From Bacteroidales bacterium (GTDB lineage: Bacteria > Bacteroidota > Bacteroidia > Bacteroidales > JBEPYD01), in NCBI GenBank assembly GCA_041641575.1, contig JBEPYD010000004.1, positions 1-43,945 of the forward strand: a stretch of DNA of 43,945 nt. The letters run 5' to 3'. Under the pieces are notes generated by a model. That model was not told where the DNA came from and did no database searches. It saw only the letters and a list, made by a program, of their open reading frames with translations. Shown piece after piece: positions 18,060 to 26,595 of this stretch; position 1 is the first letter of the stretch, and every line of letters starts with the position of its first letter. The translations under genes were made by a program, and so were the position numbers.

Positions 18060-18509
18060 TTATTTTTCTAAATTCCAGGCAGAGTCTGTCATCATCCAGT
18101 CTTCCAGTTTCAGAGCAGGTTCTTCAGACAGAGGCTGGCATTCAATTTTTTGTGCTGAGTAAGAAAAGTCCGTTTTCATCCATTCTTCCACTGCTATATT
18201 TTCTTCAACTGATACGTCCATTGCCTCGTCATATACAAATTCAGATGTCTTTTCAATAAATACTTCAGGGTCAAGCATCCAGCTTTCAATTGCCACGGTT
18301 TCGAAAGCTTCATTCAGAGAAGCAAGAATGTAAATTTCCGGGCTATTTTGTTCCAGGCTGGCAAATAAAAGTTCTGCTTTGTAAGCATTTTTATAAGCGG
18401 TTTCATTCATGTTAACTTGTGCAACTGACACGCCGGAAGCAGATAACATGATAATAAGTGTAAAAAGGCTGGCTGAAATTATTTTGTTGAAGTTGGCAGT
18501 TGTTTTCAT
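18060..18509 (-). CDS. Small acidic secreted protein of unknown function with three E-x-W-M repeats
   Basis: 149 aa. Signal peptide (MKTTANFNKIISASLFTLIIMLSASGVSVAQ). Strongly acidic mature part carrying AIESWMLDPEVF, AVEEWMKTDFSY and KLEDWMMTDSAW. Has its own terminator. No family recognised. Confidence 0.5.
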   Translation of the reverse strand: MKTTANFNKIISASLFTLIIMLSASGVSVAQVNMNETAYKNAYKAELLFASLEQNSPEIYILASLNEAFETVAIESWMLDPEVFIEKTSEFVYDEAMDVSVEENIAVEEWMKTDFSYSAQKIECQPLSEEPALKLEDWMMTDSAWNLEK

Positions 18510-18863
18510 TTTTCAATATTTTAAAGATTTTGTTTCATTGTTTGATCATTCATTATCATAGCTTATGCCAAAACGGTTATGTTGTTGTATTACTGACATT
18601 TACATCGGTTAATTAAAAACAGAATTCCTAAGAAAAATGAACGCTATCGCAACACTTATGTCCGGATACGGACGCTTTAAGGATATTTTAATCTTAAAAT
18701 ATTGATTATTCATATAACCATAACAAAATAAAATTTAAGAAAAAATAAAACCCTTGAATAATACTGATATTAAGCAATTGAAAAGAAATTTCCCGACCTT
18801 TTAGAAAATAAAAAATTGCATGTTAGTATTAAATCTGCTTTTTTTGTAAAAAAATCAGAAAGT

Positions 18864-19370
18864 ATGATTATTTCGCACATAGCAGCAATGACCCGCAACA
18901 GGATAATTGGACGGGAAAACAGATTACCCTGGAAATTACCCGGTGATATGGCATATTTTAAAAACACCACAATGGGGCATTATGTGATTATGGGTAGAAA
19001 AAATTTTGAAGCCGAAGGCCGTCCACTTCCCGGCAGAACAAATATTGTACTTACCAAACAGGAAAATTATGATGCCTCTGGCTGCACAGTTCTCCACTCC
19101 ATAGAAGAAGCGCTTAATCTGGCCAGGGAAAATCAACAGGAAGAAGTTTTCATCATTGGTGGAGGAGACATATATGAGCAAACGCTTGATATTGCGGATC
19201 GAATTTACCTCACAATAATTGATACTGAATTGAAAGGCGACGTTTACTATCCGGCACTGAATATGGATAAATGGAACATCAAGTCACAAAAGAAAAATCA
19301 TAAGGATGAAAGAAATCCATACGATTATACCTTTTACGTGTTTGAAAAATTTAATTCACCCATCGATTAA
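18864..19370 (+). CDS. folA: Dihydrofolate reductase
   Basis: MIISHIAAMTRNRIIGRENRLPWKLPGDMAYFKNTTMGHYVIMGRKNFE...FIIGGGDIYEQ is a typical type-I DHFR. I start at ATG 18864, since the 16-codon upstream extension in the track has no DHFR counterpart. Confidence 0.9.
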   Translation: MIISHIAAMTRNRIIGRENRLPWKLPGDMAYFKNTTMGHYVIMGRKNFEAEGRPLPGRTNIVLTKQENYDASGCTVLHSIEEALNLARENQQEEVFIIGGGDIYEQTLDIADRIYLTIIDTELKGDVYYPALNMDKWNIKSQKKNHKDERNPYDYTFYVFEKFNSPID

Positions 19371-19374
19371 ACTT

Positions 19375-19404
19375 AAAAAGCCGGGAGATTTCCCGGCTTT
19401 TTTT
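19375..19404 (+). terminator. Rho-independent terminator after folA
   Basis: AAAAA-GCCGGGA-gatt-TCCCGGC-TTTTTTT. A 7-bp GC-rich stem and a 7-T tract, 5 nt after the stop codon. Confidence 0.8.
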
Positions 19405-19737
19405 AACTATAAATGAACATTCCCCATGTCGTCCATCCATCCTTACACAATAATATTAATAGCTTTGATTTGATGAGATGCTCTGTAAATTTTCGGCACG
19501 ATAAAAATAACAACATCACCCATGAAAATGTACTAAAATTTATATAAAGGTACGAAAGTGATGAATTTCTGTATGAATGGGAAGGTATTCTGTATAAAGC
19601 AAAATTTTACCAAGACCCTATCATCTGAAATTAATCACCAAAAGCAAATAATAACCCTGGCTCGGCTAAGTATGTTTTACAACTTGTAAACAAATAGAGG
19701 TAAAATTTATATTTTAGTACATCGAAAAGCATAAATT

Positions 19738-21108
19738 ATGGAAAAAATACAATCATACATTGAAGTAAATAAGGAAAGATTTTTAAATGAACTTTTTGGA
19801 TTGTTGCGCATACCTTCGGTCAGCAGCAGCTCAGCCCATGTAGATGATATGAAGGCAGCCACGGAATATATCCGGCAGTCCCTCATTGATGCTGGAGCTG
19901 ATACAGCAGAGGTAATGCAAACCAAAGGGCATCCTGTGGTTTTTGGCGAGAAAATAAAAGATGCATCCCTTCCAACCGTGCTGATTTACGGTCATTACGA
20001 TGTACAGCCTGCTGAGCCATTAGATTTATGGAATTCACCGCCATTTGAGCCCCAAATAAGAGATGAAAAAATATTTGCCCGTGGTGCAGATGATGATAAA
20101 GGCCAATTCTTTATGCATGTAAAGGCCTTTGAATACATGTCGAAAACAAACACACTGCCTTGCAACATTAAGTTTTTAGTTGAAGGTGAAGAAGAAATAG
20201 GGTCGCCAAGCTTGAAAGCTTTTTGCGAATCGCACAAAGAACTTCTAAAAAGCGATGTAATACTGGTTTCTGATACTACCATGCTCGGTTTTGACACGCC
20301 AAGTATAACCGTCGGCTTACGCGGATTAAGCTATCTCCAGGTAGAAGTTACAGGACCTGACAGGGATCTGCATTCCGGCCTTTACGGGGGTGCTGTGGGA
20401 AATCCCATCAATATCCTTTGCCAGATGATAGCAAAACTCACTGATGATCAGCACCATATAAATATTCCAGGAATTTACGACGATGTTATTGAATATTCGG
20501 CAGACGAACGTGAAGACATGGGCAGGGCTCCTTTCGATAAGGAAAAATATAAAAAAGACATCGGTGTAAACGAATTACACGGAGAAGAGGGTTTTAGTAC
20601 CATAGAACGAACTGGAATCCGACCGTCTCTCGATGTTTGCGGCATTTGGGGTGGTTTCACCGGAGAAGGAGCAAAAACAATATTACCTTCAAAAGCTCAT
20701 GCCAAAATATCTTTGCGCCTGGTGCCCAATCAAAATTCAAAAAAAGTAGACGCATTGGTTGAGGAATATTTTAAGAAAATAGCACCTGCAAGTGTTCAGG
20801 TAAAAGTAACCAGCTTACATGGCGGAGAGGGATATGCAGCTGATACATCCTCACCGGCATACCAGGCCGCCAGTAAGGCTATTGAAACTACATTTGGAAA
20901 AAAGCCTGTTCCTACCCGCAGTGGAGGAAGCATACCTATTATTGCTGATTTTGAAGAGGTATTTGGTATAAAAACAATTCTTCTGGGTTTTGGACTTGAG
21001 TCCGATGCCATTCACTCACCCAATGAAAACTATCCCCTGCGAAACTTTTTCAAAGGAATAGAAACAATACCTTTATTTTTTAAAAATTTTGCTGACCTGT
21101 CAAAATAA
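19738..21108 (+). CDS. M20-family dipeptidase / metallo-hydrolase
   Basis: 456 aa. LLRIPSVS, YGHYDVQP, RGADDDKG, VEGEEEIGS, HSPNE are the metal- and catalytic-residue signatures of peptidase M20 (ArgE/DapE/CNDP-like), with a dimerisation-domain insert. Confidence 0.85.
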   Translation: MEKIQSYIEVNKERFLNELFGLLRIPSVSSSSAHVDDMKAATEYIRQSLIDAGADTAEVMQTKGHPVVFGEKIKDASLPTVLIYGHYDVQPAEPLDLWNSPPFEPQIRDEKIFARGADDDKGQFFMHVKAFEYMSKTNTLPCNIKFLVEGEEEIGSPSLKAFCESHKELLKSDVILVSDTTMLGFDTPSITVGLRGLSYLQVEVTGPDRDLHSGLYGGAVGNPINILCQMIAKLTDDQHHINIPGIYDDVIEYSADEREDMGRAPFDKEKYKKDIGVNELHGEEGFSTIERTGIRPSLDVCGIWGGFTGEGAKTILPSKAHAKISLRLVPNQNSKKVDALVEEYFKKIAPASVQVKVTSLHGGEGYAADTSSPAYQAASKAIETTFGKKPVPTRSGGSIPIIADFEEVFGIKTILLGFGLESDAIHSPNENYPLRNFFKGIETIPLFFKNFADLSK

Positions 21109-21194
21109 AAAGGGGTGATGTGAAAAATTACCACTTTTTTTATCTTTTTTCTTGATATTTGGCCATGGCATAAGAATAAATCATCACTTTCCTC

Positions 21195-21225
21195 TTGAAG
21201 CATAGTGGTAATTTATTTATTTTTG
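21195..21225 (+). promoter_or_regulatory. Candidate promoter for the GSIII gene (TTG-N20-TATTTTTG)
   Basis: TTG at 21195-21197, a 20-nt spacer, then TATTTTTG at 21218-21225 (TAnnTTTG), 35 nt upstream of the ATG at 21260. Confidence 0.4.
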
Positions 21226-21259
21226 CCTCTTATTTCTTAAAAACCTAAAACCTCGTTAT

Positions 21260-23449
21260 ATGGCCAAATTAAGGTTTATTGCTCTGCAAGAATTGCTAAC
21301 CCGTGAACCTGTAGATATCTTAAATCCTGAGCAAAAGACTTCTGAGTATTTTGGAGCGAATGTTTTTGACAGGTCTAAGATGCAGAAATACCTGTCAAAA
21401 GAAGCATTTGAATCTGTTATAACCGCAATTGATAAAGGAACGCGTATTGAGCGGAAAATGGCAGACCAGGTGGCTGCAGGAATGAAAGCCTGGGCCATGG
21501 AAATGGGTGCTACCCACTATACCCATTGGTTTCATCCCCTTACGGAAGGCACAGCAGAAAAACATGATGCTTTTATTGAGCCTGATGGCAGTACTGGCGT
21601 TGTGGAGGATTTCTCCGGACGTTTGCTCGTGCAGCAGGAGCCCGATGCTTCAAGCTTCCCCAGCGGGGGCATCCGCAATACCTTTGAAGCACGGGGTTAT
21701 ACAGCATGGGATCCTTCATCCCCAGCATTCATCGTTGGTAATACCCTAAGCATTCCCACTATTTTTGTTTCATATACAGGTGAGGCTCTCGATTACAAAG
21801 TCCCTTTGCTGAAATCGATAAATGCCATTGACAAAGCCGCAGTTGAAGTCTGCCAATACTTTGACCGCACCGTAGAAAAAGTAACCTCCAATCTCGGTTG
21901 GGAACAGGAATATTTTCTTGTGGATGAAGCCCTGTTTCAGGCAAGGCCGGACCTGGTGCTTACGGAACGTACACTTATGGGGCACGCTTCTGCAAAAGAC
22001 CAGCAGCTGGAAGACCATTATTTCACCTCCATACCCGAGCGGGTAGCTAATTTTATGCAGGATCTTGAAATTGCTGCTTATAAACTAGGTATTCCGCTAA
22101 AAACCAGGCATAATGAAGTAGCCCCCAACCAGTATGAGGTGGCTCCCATTTATGAAGAAACAAACCTGGCCATTGATCATAACCTGCTCACCATGGATCT
22201 GATGAAGCGGATTGCCCGGCATCATAAATTTACAGTTATTTTTCATGAGAAACCATTTAAAGATATAAATGGAAGCGGCAAGCACAATAACTGGTCATTA
22301 GCTACAGATACCGGTGTTAATCTGTTTTCCCCGGGCCGCACACCGCGTTCTAACCTGCAGTTTTTAACCTTTATTGTAAATACTTTAAAAGCTGTGCATG
22401 AACATGCCGATCTGCTGAGGGCCAGCGCAGGTTCTGCCGGTAACGCCCATCGTCTGGGTGCCAATGAGGCACCGCCAGCCATTATTTCTGTATTTTTGGG
22501 TAAAGAGGTATCTGCCATGCTCGACAAAATTGAACAAAGCGTTACCGATGATAAAATGACACCCGATGAAAAAACAGAACTAAAACTCAACATTGGAAAA
22601 ATACCCCAGATTCTGCTGGATAATACTGACAGGAACCGCACATCACCCTTTGCTTTTACCGGTAATCGCTTTGAATTTCGTGCTGTAGGTTCTTCAGCCA
22701 ACTGTGCCTCTTCCATGATTGTGATTAATACCGCAATGGCAGAGCAGCTTACGAAATTTAAAAAAGATGTGGAAGCAATAAAAACCCGGGGCCTTAAAAA
22801 AGATGAGGCCATTTTCCAGGTGCTCAGAAAGTATATTATAGAATCAAAAAATATAAGGTTTGAAGGAAATAATTATGGAGACGAATGGATAAAAGAAGCC
22901 AAAAAGCGCGGTTTGACCAATGTAACTGACATCCCAACAAATTATAAATCGTACCTTGATAAGAAAAGCATCCGGCTTTTCGAATCACAGAATGTACTGA
23001 GTAAGACAGAAATGCTTGCCCGGACAGATGTAAAACTGGAAATGTATACCAAGCGCATTCAGATTGAAGCAAGGGTGCTGGGCGATCTTGCATTAAACCA
23101 TATTATTCCGGTTGCCATAAAATACCAAACCGAACTCATGAAAAACATACAGGGTATGAAGGAAATTTTCAGTGAAAATGATTTTAAGTCCCTTGCAGAA
23201 GGACGAATTGACCTGATAAGGGAAATTTCCGGACATATCAGTGCAATAAAAGAGAAAGTGCACAAAATGATTGAAGCACGGAAAATTGCCAATAAAATTG
23301 AAGGCAATATGGAAAAAGCCAGCGAATATTCCCAGATGGTGCTGCCCTACCTTGATGACATACGCTACCACATTGATAAACTGGAACTTATTGTGGATAA
23401 TGAAATATGGCCGCTGCCTAAATACCGAGAAATATTATTTACAAGATAA
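21260..23449 (+). CDS. glnN: Glutamine synthetase type III
   Basis: 729 aa, the length I recall for B. fragilis GSIII. N-terminal GSIII-specific region (YFGANVFD...MKAWAMEMGATHYTHWFHPLT), catalytic core (GWEQEYFLVD, HNEVAPNQYE, NGSGKHNNWS, NRTSPFAFTGNRFEFRAVGSS). Confidence 0.95.
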   Translation: MAKLRFIALQELLTREPVDILNPEQKTSEYFGANVFDRSKMQKYLSKEAFESVITAIDKGTRIERKMADQVAAGMKAWAMEMGATHYTHWFHPLTEGTAEKHDAFIEPDGSTGVVEDFSGRLLVQQEPDASSFPSGGIRNTFEARGYTAWDPSSPAFIVGNTLSIPTIFVSYTGEALDYKVPLLKSINAIDKAAVEVCQYFDRTVEKVTSNLGWEQEYFLVDEALFQARPDLVLTERTLMGHASAKDQQLEDHYFTSIPERVANFMQDLEIAAYKLGIPLKTRHNEVAPNQYEVAPIYEETNLAIDHNLLTMDLMKRIARHHKFTVIFHEKPFKDINGSGKHNNWSLATDTGVNLFSPGRTPRSNLQFLTFIVNTLKAVHEHADLLRASAGSAGNAHRLGANEAPPAIISVFLGKEVSAMLDKIEQSVTDDKMTPDEKTELKLNIGKIPQILLDNTDRNRTSPFAFTGNRFEFRAVGSSANCASSMIVINTAMAEQLTKFKKDVEAIKTRGLKKDEAIFQVLRKYIIESKNIRFEGNNYGDEWIKEAKKRGLTNVTDIPTNYKSYLDKKSIRLFESQNVLSKTEMLARTDVKLEMYTKRIQIEARVLGDLALNHIIPVAIKYQTELMKNIQGMKEIFSENDFKSLAEGRIDLIREISGHISAIKEKVHKMIEARKIANKIEGNMEKASEYSQMVLPYLDDIRYHIDKLELIVDNEIWPLPKYREILFTR

Positions 23450-23453
23450 TCAT

Positions 23454-23493
23454 AAAAAAAAAGGTGCTCTTCTCATTGAAAAGCACCTTTTTT
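23454..23493. terminator. Bidirectional terminator between GSIII and GSII genes
   Basis: AAAAAAAAA-GGTGCT...AGCACC-TTTTTT. A 9-bp stem AAAGGTGCT/AGCACCTTT (23460-23468 / 23482-23490) flanked by an A-run and a T-run, between the convergent stop codons. Confidence 0.75.
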
Positions 23494-23513
23494 ATTTACA
23501 AAAAGTTTCTTTA

Positions 23514-24524
23514 TTAAACTTTAGCAGACTTTACAGTTTTTACAATGCGGGCTGCTACTTTATAAGGATCAGCATTTGAAGCTGGCCTTCTGTCTTCCAA
23601 ACGTCCTTTCCATCCGTTATCAATGGTTCCAACCGGAATACGGATGGATGCGCCACGGTCTGATACACCATAACTGAACTTATCGATGGATTGAGTCTCA
23701 TGTTGACCAGTTAAACGAAGCTCATTGCCTGCACCATATACGGCAATATGCTCCGGAATATGTTTACCAAATTCTTCACATATTGCTGTGAATACTTCTT
23801 CTTTTCCTGAAGTACGCATAGCGCCATTAGAAAAGTTAGCATGCATTCCTGAGCCATTCCAGTCACCTTCAACAGGTTTTTGATGCAGATTAATCCTTAC
23901 ACCATATTTCTCACCCACACGTTCAGCCAGGTAACGGCCAACCCAAATTTGGTCTCCAGCCTCTTTTGCACCTTTGGCAAAAATCTGGTATTCCCACTGC
24001 CCCTTCATTACCTCAGCATTTATTCCTTCAATATTCAGACCAGCTTCAATACATGCATCTAAGTGCTCCTCAACGATATTTCTTCCAACATTATATTCTG
24101 CACCTACTGAACAATAAAATGGTCCTTGTGGTGGTGGATAGTAACCAGCTGCAGGAAATCCAAGTGGTGTATGATGATCTAAATCCCACAATACATATTC
24201 CTGCTCAAATCCAAACCAAAAATCAGCATCGTCATCATCAATTGTTGCGCGACCATTGGAAGGATGAGGAGTTCCGTCTGGATTTAAAACCTCTGTCATT
24301 ACTAAAAATCCATTTTTTCTTTGCGGATCCGGACATATAAATACAGGCTTAAGCAAACAATCTGAGGAATGTCCTGAAGCCTGTTCAGTAGAAGAACCAT
24401 CAAACGACCAGGTAGGGCAATCTTCAAGTTTACCACTAAAGTCACTAACCACTAAAGTTTTACTTCTCATGGTTTGGGTGGGCTTATACCCATCCAACCA
24501 AATGTACTCCAATTTCGATTTCAT
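23514..24524 (-). CDS. glnII: Glutamine synthetase type II (eukaryote-like GSII)
   Basis: 336 aa. LEYIWLDG, DGSST, GFEQEY, PQGPFYCSVG, EVMKGQWEYQ, DWNGSGMHANFS, RLTGQHET, DRGASIRIP, LEDRRPASNADPY are the GSII signature blocks. Confidence 0.9.
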   Translation of the reverse strand: MKSKLEYIWLDGYKPTQTMRSKTLVVSDFSGKLEDCPTWSFDGSSTEQASGHSSDCLLKPVFICPDPQRKNGFLVMTEVLNPDGTPHPSNGRATIDDDDADFWFGFEQEYVLWDLDHHTPLGFPAAGYYPPPQGPFYCSVGAEYNVGRNIVEEHLDACIEAGLNIEGINAEVMKGQWEYQIFAKGAKEAGDQIWVGRYLAERVGEKYGVRINLHQKPVEGDWNGSGMHANFSNGAMRTSGKEEVFTAICEEFGKHIPEHIAVYGAGNELRLTGQHETQSIDKFSYGVSDRGASIRIPVGTIDNGWKGRLEDRRPASNADPYKVAARIVKTVKSAKV

Positions 24525-24578
24525 AAGGTAAATTTTTGGTAATTAATATTAACTGTTTATTTTATTGATTTCATGATG

Positions 24579-24586
24579 CAAATTTA
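24579..24586 (-). promoter_or_regulatory. Candidate -7 box TAAATTTG for the GSII gene
   Basis: The minus strand reads TAAATTTG (TAnnTTTG), 55 nt upstream of the ATG at 24524. It overlaps the first TTTATAAAAAT repeat. Confidence 0.3.
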
Positions 24587-24843
24587 TAAAAATATTTGAA
24601 ATTTTTATCATTTTTATAAAAATCTGTAAATTATTTGGGGTCTTTTCATGAAATATGATATTATTTAATGTTTAAACCCCCTAATTTTAAGCATCTCGCA
24701 AAAAATTTAGAAAAATGAAATTTTTTATGAATTTTAATATTACTTTTTCATAAAATATAAATGTGTAATTTTAAGGCGTAGAAATAACTGTTATTTAAAA
24801 TTTTTCTATGTTAGAAATTATTAACTGAAATTATTTGGCATAC

Positions 24844-26256
24844 ATGACACCAAAAGATTTTTTTGATTTTGCAAAAAAACACAACGCCACCATGGTGGAT
24901 CTGAAATTTGTTGACCTACTTGGTACGTGGCAACACTGCTCCTATCCTGTTGAGGCATGGAGTACAGAAACATTTGAAGATGGACTGGGATTTGACGGAT
25001 CTTCCATCCGCGGATGGCAGGGGGTGCATCTTTCTGATATGTTGGCCATGCCTGATCTAAATACTGCCTGTATTGATCCCTTCTTCGATGAACCAACTGT
25101 AAGCCTTATTGCCAATATTGTTGATCCGGTTACCCTTAAAAGATATTCACGCGACCCACGTTACATCGCCCACAAAGGTTTGGAATACCTAAACAGCACA
25201 GGAATTGGAGACCAGATATTTATCGGACCCGAGGCAGAATTCTTCATTTTCGATGAAATTCGGTTCGAGCAGAAGAAAAACACTGGTTTTTATTCCATTG
25301 ATTCTATTGAAGGAGCCTGGAATTCGAACAGGCTTGAAGAACCTAACCTCGGTTATAAGCCGGGATATAAAGGTGGTTATTTTCCTGTTAGTCCTACCGA
25401 TACATACCATAATATGAGGAACGAAATGGTAAATGTAATGCGTTCCGTTGGTATTTTAGTGGAATCTCATCACCACGAGGTTGCCACAGGCGGACAAAAT
25501 GAGATAAACATGAAATATATGGATTTACGCTCCATGGCCGATCAGTTAATGTGGTTTAAATATATTGTAAAAAATGTAGCCAAAAGGCATGGGAAAACTG
25601 TCACGTTTATGCCCAAACCAATTTTTGAAGACAATGGCAGTGGTATGCACACGCACCTGTCGATTTGGAAAGACGGACAGAATATTTTTGCAGGTGATAA
25701 ATATGCAGGATTATCGCAACATGCGCTTTGGGGCATTGGTGGTTTATTAAAACATGCCCCGGCTGTGCTTGCGTTTGCAGCCCCTACCACCAATTCATAC
25801 CGCCGGCTGGTGCCAGGTTTTGATGCTCCGGTAAACCTCGTTTATTCAGCCAGGAATCGTTCAGCGGCCATACGGGTACCTATGTATTCCCAAAAAGCTT
25901 CAGCAAAACGGTTTGAATTCCGGTGCCCGGACCCATCCACCAATGGTTACCTGATGTTTACCGCTGTTATGATGGCTGTGCTGGATGGAATAGAAAACAA
26001 AATTGATCCGGGTAAACCCTTTGATGCGGACATTTACGACCTGCCTCAAAAAGAAAAAGACCAAATCCCGTCTGTACCTGATTCGCTTGCAAAATCACTG
26101 AATGCACTCAAAAATGATCATGCCTTTCTTACAAAAGGAAACGTTTTTTCGGAGGACCTCATCAAAACATATATCAACTATAAGGAAAAGAATGAAATCC
26201 ATGAATTATCTCTAAGGCCGCATCCTTATGAATTTTTTCTTTATTATGATAATTAA
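24844..26256 (+). CDS. glnA: Glutamine synthetase type I
   Basis: 470 aa from ATG 24844 (the track start 24835 is a TTG three codons upstream). [74 protein letters not shown] loop carries Tyr at residue 398. Confidence 0.95.
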   Translation: MTPKDFFDFAKKHNATMVDLKFVDLLGTWQHCSYPVEAWSTETFEDGLGFDGSSIRGWQGVHLSDMLAMPDLNTACIDPFFDEPTVSLIANIVDPVTLKRYSRDPRYIAHKGLEYLNSTGIGDQIFIGPEAEFFIFDEIRFEQKKNTGFYSIDSIEGAWNSNRLEEPNLGYKPGYKGGYFPVSPTDTYHNMRNEMVNVMRSVGILVESHHHEVATGGQNEINMKYMDLRSMADQLMWFKYIVKNVAKRHGKTVTFMPKPIFEDNGSGMHTHLSIWKDGQNIFAGDKYAGLSQHALWGIGGLLKHAPAVLAFAAPTTNSYRRLVPGFDAPVNLVYSARNRSAAIRVPMYSQKASAKRFEFRCPDPSTNGYLMFTAVMMAVLDGIENKIDPGKPFDADIYDLPQKEKDQIPSVPDSLAKSLNALKNDHAFLTKGNVFSEDLIKTYINYKEKNEIHELSLRPHPYEFFLYYDN

Positions 26257-26535
26257 CCCGGAGGAAATCCGTTTTAATAAATAGTAGCTGCAGAAAAATC
26301 AGGGTGGTTGATAAGAAAACCTCAAGTTCGAGACTTGCAATGTAAAAAACATAGGTTAATTGTGTAAATGAGCACTTTTATATGGCAAGTTTTAGGAGGA
26401 AGTTGAGATTTTGCGACCACTAAATAACAACAGAATAATATACACGTTGAATATTTAGGGTGAGGTTTTTCATGCGCAGAACAAAGCCTGTAATAAATAG
26501 CACCCCAATACGTTTATTCTGATGTAATTTTATTA

Positions 26536-26543
26536 TATATTTG
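26536..26543 (+). promoter_or_regulatory. Candidate -7 box TATATTTG for the OmpA-family gene
   Basis: TAnnTTTG match 53 nt upstream of the ATG at 26596. Confidence 0.3.
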
Positions 26544-26595
26544 AACATTATTCCGAAAAAAAACAGGAATTCACCCTTTAAATTTAATTGTTTTA

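Noticed and set aside
18637-18705. 22-codon ORF (MNAIATLMSGYGRFKDILILKY*) in the 354-bp gap upstream of folA. There is also a 49-codon ORF starting near 19412.
   Set aside because: There is no ribosome-binding or promoter context I can support, no recognisable sequence family, and AT-rich gaps yield such ORFs by chance.
18816-18863. Upstream extensions of ORF-track models: folA from 18816, SGNH hydrolase from 34847, mntA from 32693, glnA from TTG 24835, GT2 from TTG 8783, oxidoreductase from TTG 6060
   Set aside because: In each case an internal start gives an N-terminus matching the family (DHFR MIIS..., a lipoprotein signal peptide, the GS MTPKDF..., an N-terminal GxGxxG). The extension adds residues with no family counterpart. 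They remain possible, so coordinates at these 5' ends are less certain than the calls.
21127-21212. Long-range inverted repeat ATTACCAC (21127-21134) / GTGGTAAT (21205-21212) in the GSIII leader region, considered as a possible riboswitch or attenuator
   Set aside because: It has only 8 bp of pairing separated by 70 nt, with no supporting nested helices. The best promoter candidate (21195-21225) would start transcription downstream of the first arm. There is no resemblance to the known glutamine riboswitch as I remember it.
22243-22812. 189-aa minus-strand ORF inside the GSIII gene, with further antisense ORFs at 21256-21498, 21759-22018, 22836-23371
   Set aside because: It is fully embedded antisense to a very well-supported 729-aa GS gene. 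The translated sequence is low-complexity (Ser/Leu/Ala-rich) with no recognisable motif. This is a typical shadow ORF.
26259-26275. Short hairpin CGGA-ggaaa-TCCG plus TTTT after glnA, and AATTCC-gcagat-GGAATT (38542-38559) after hydA, considered as terminators
   Set aside because: The stems are only 4 and 6 bp with weak or interrupted T-tracts. That is too weak to call, although some termination signal must exist near both positions.
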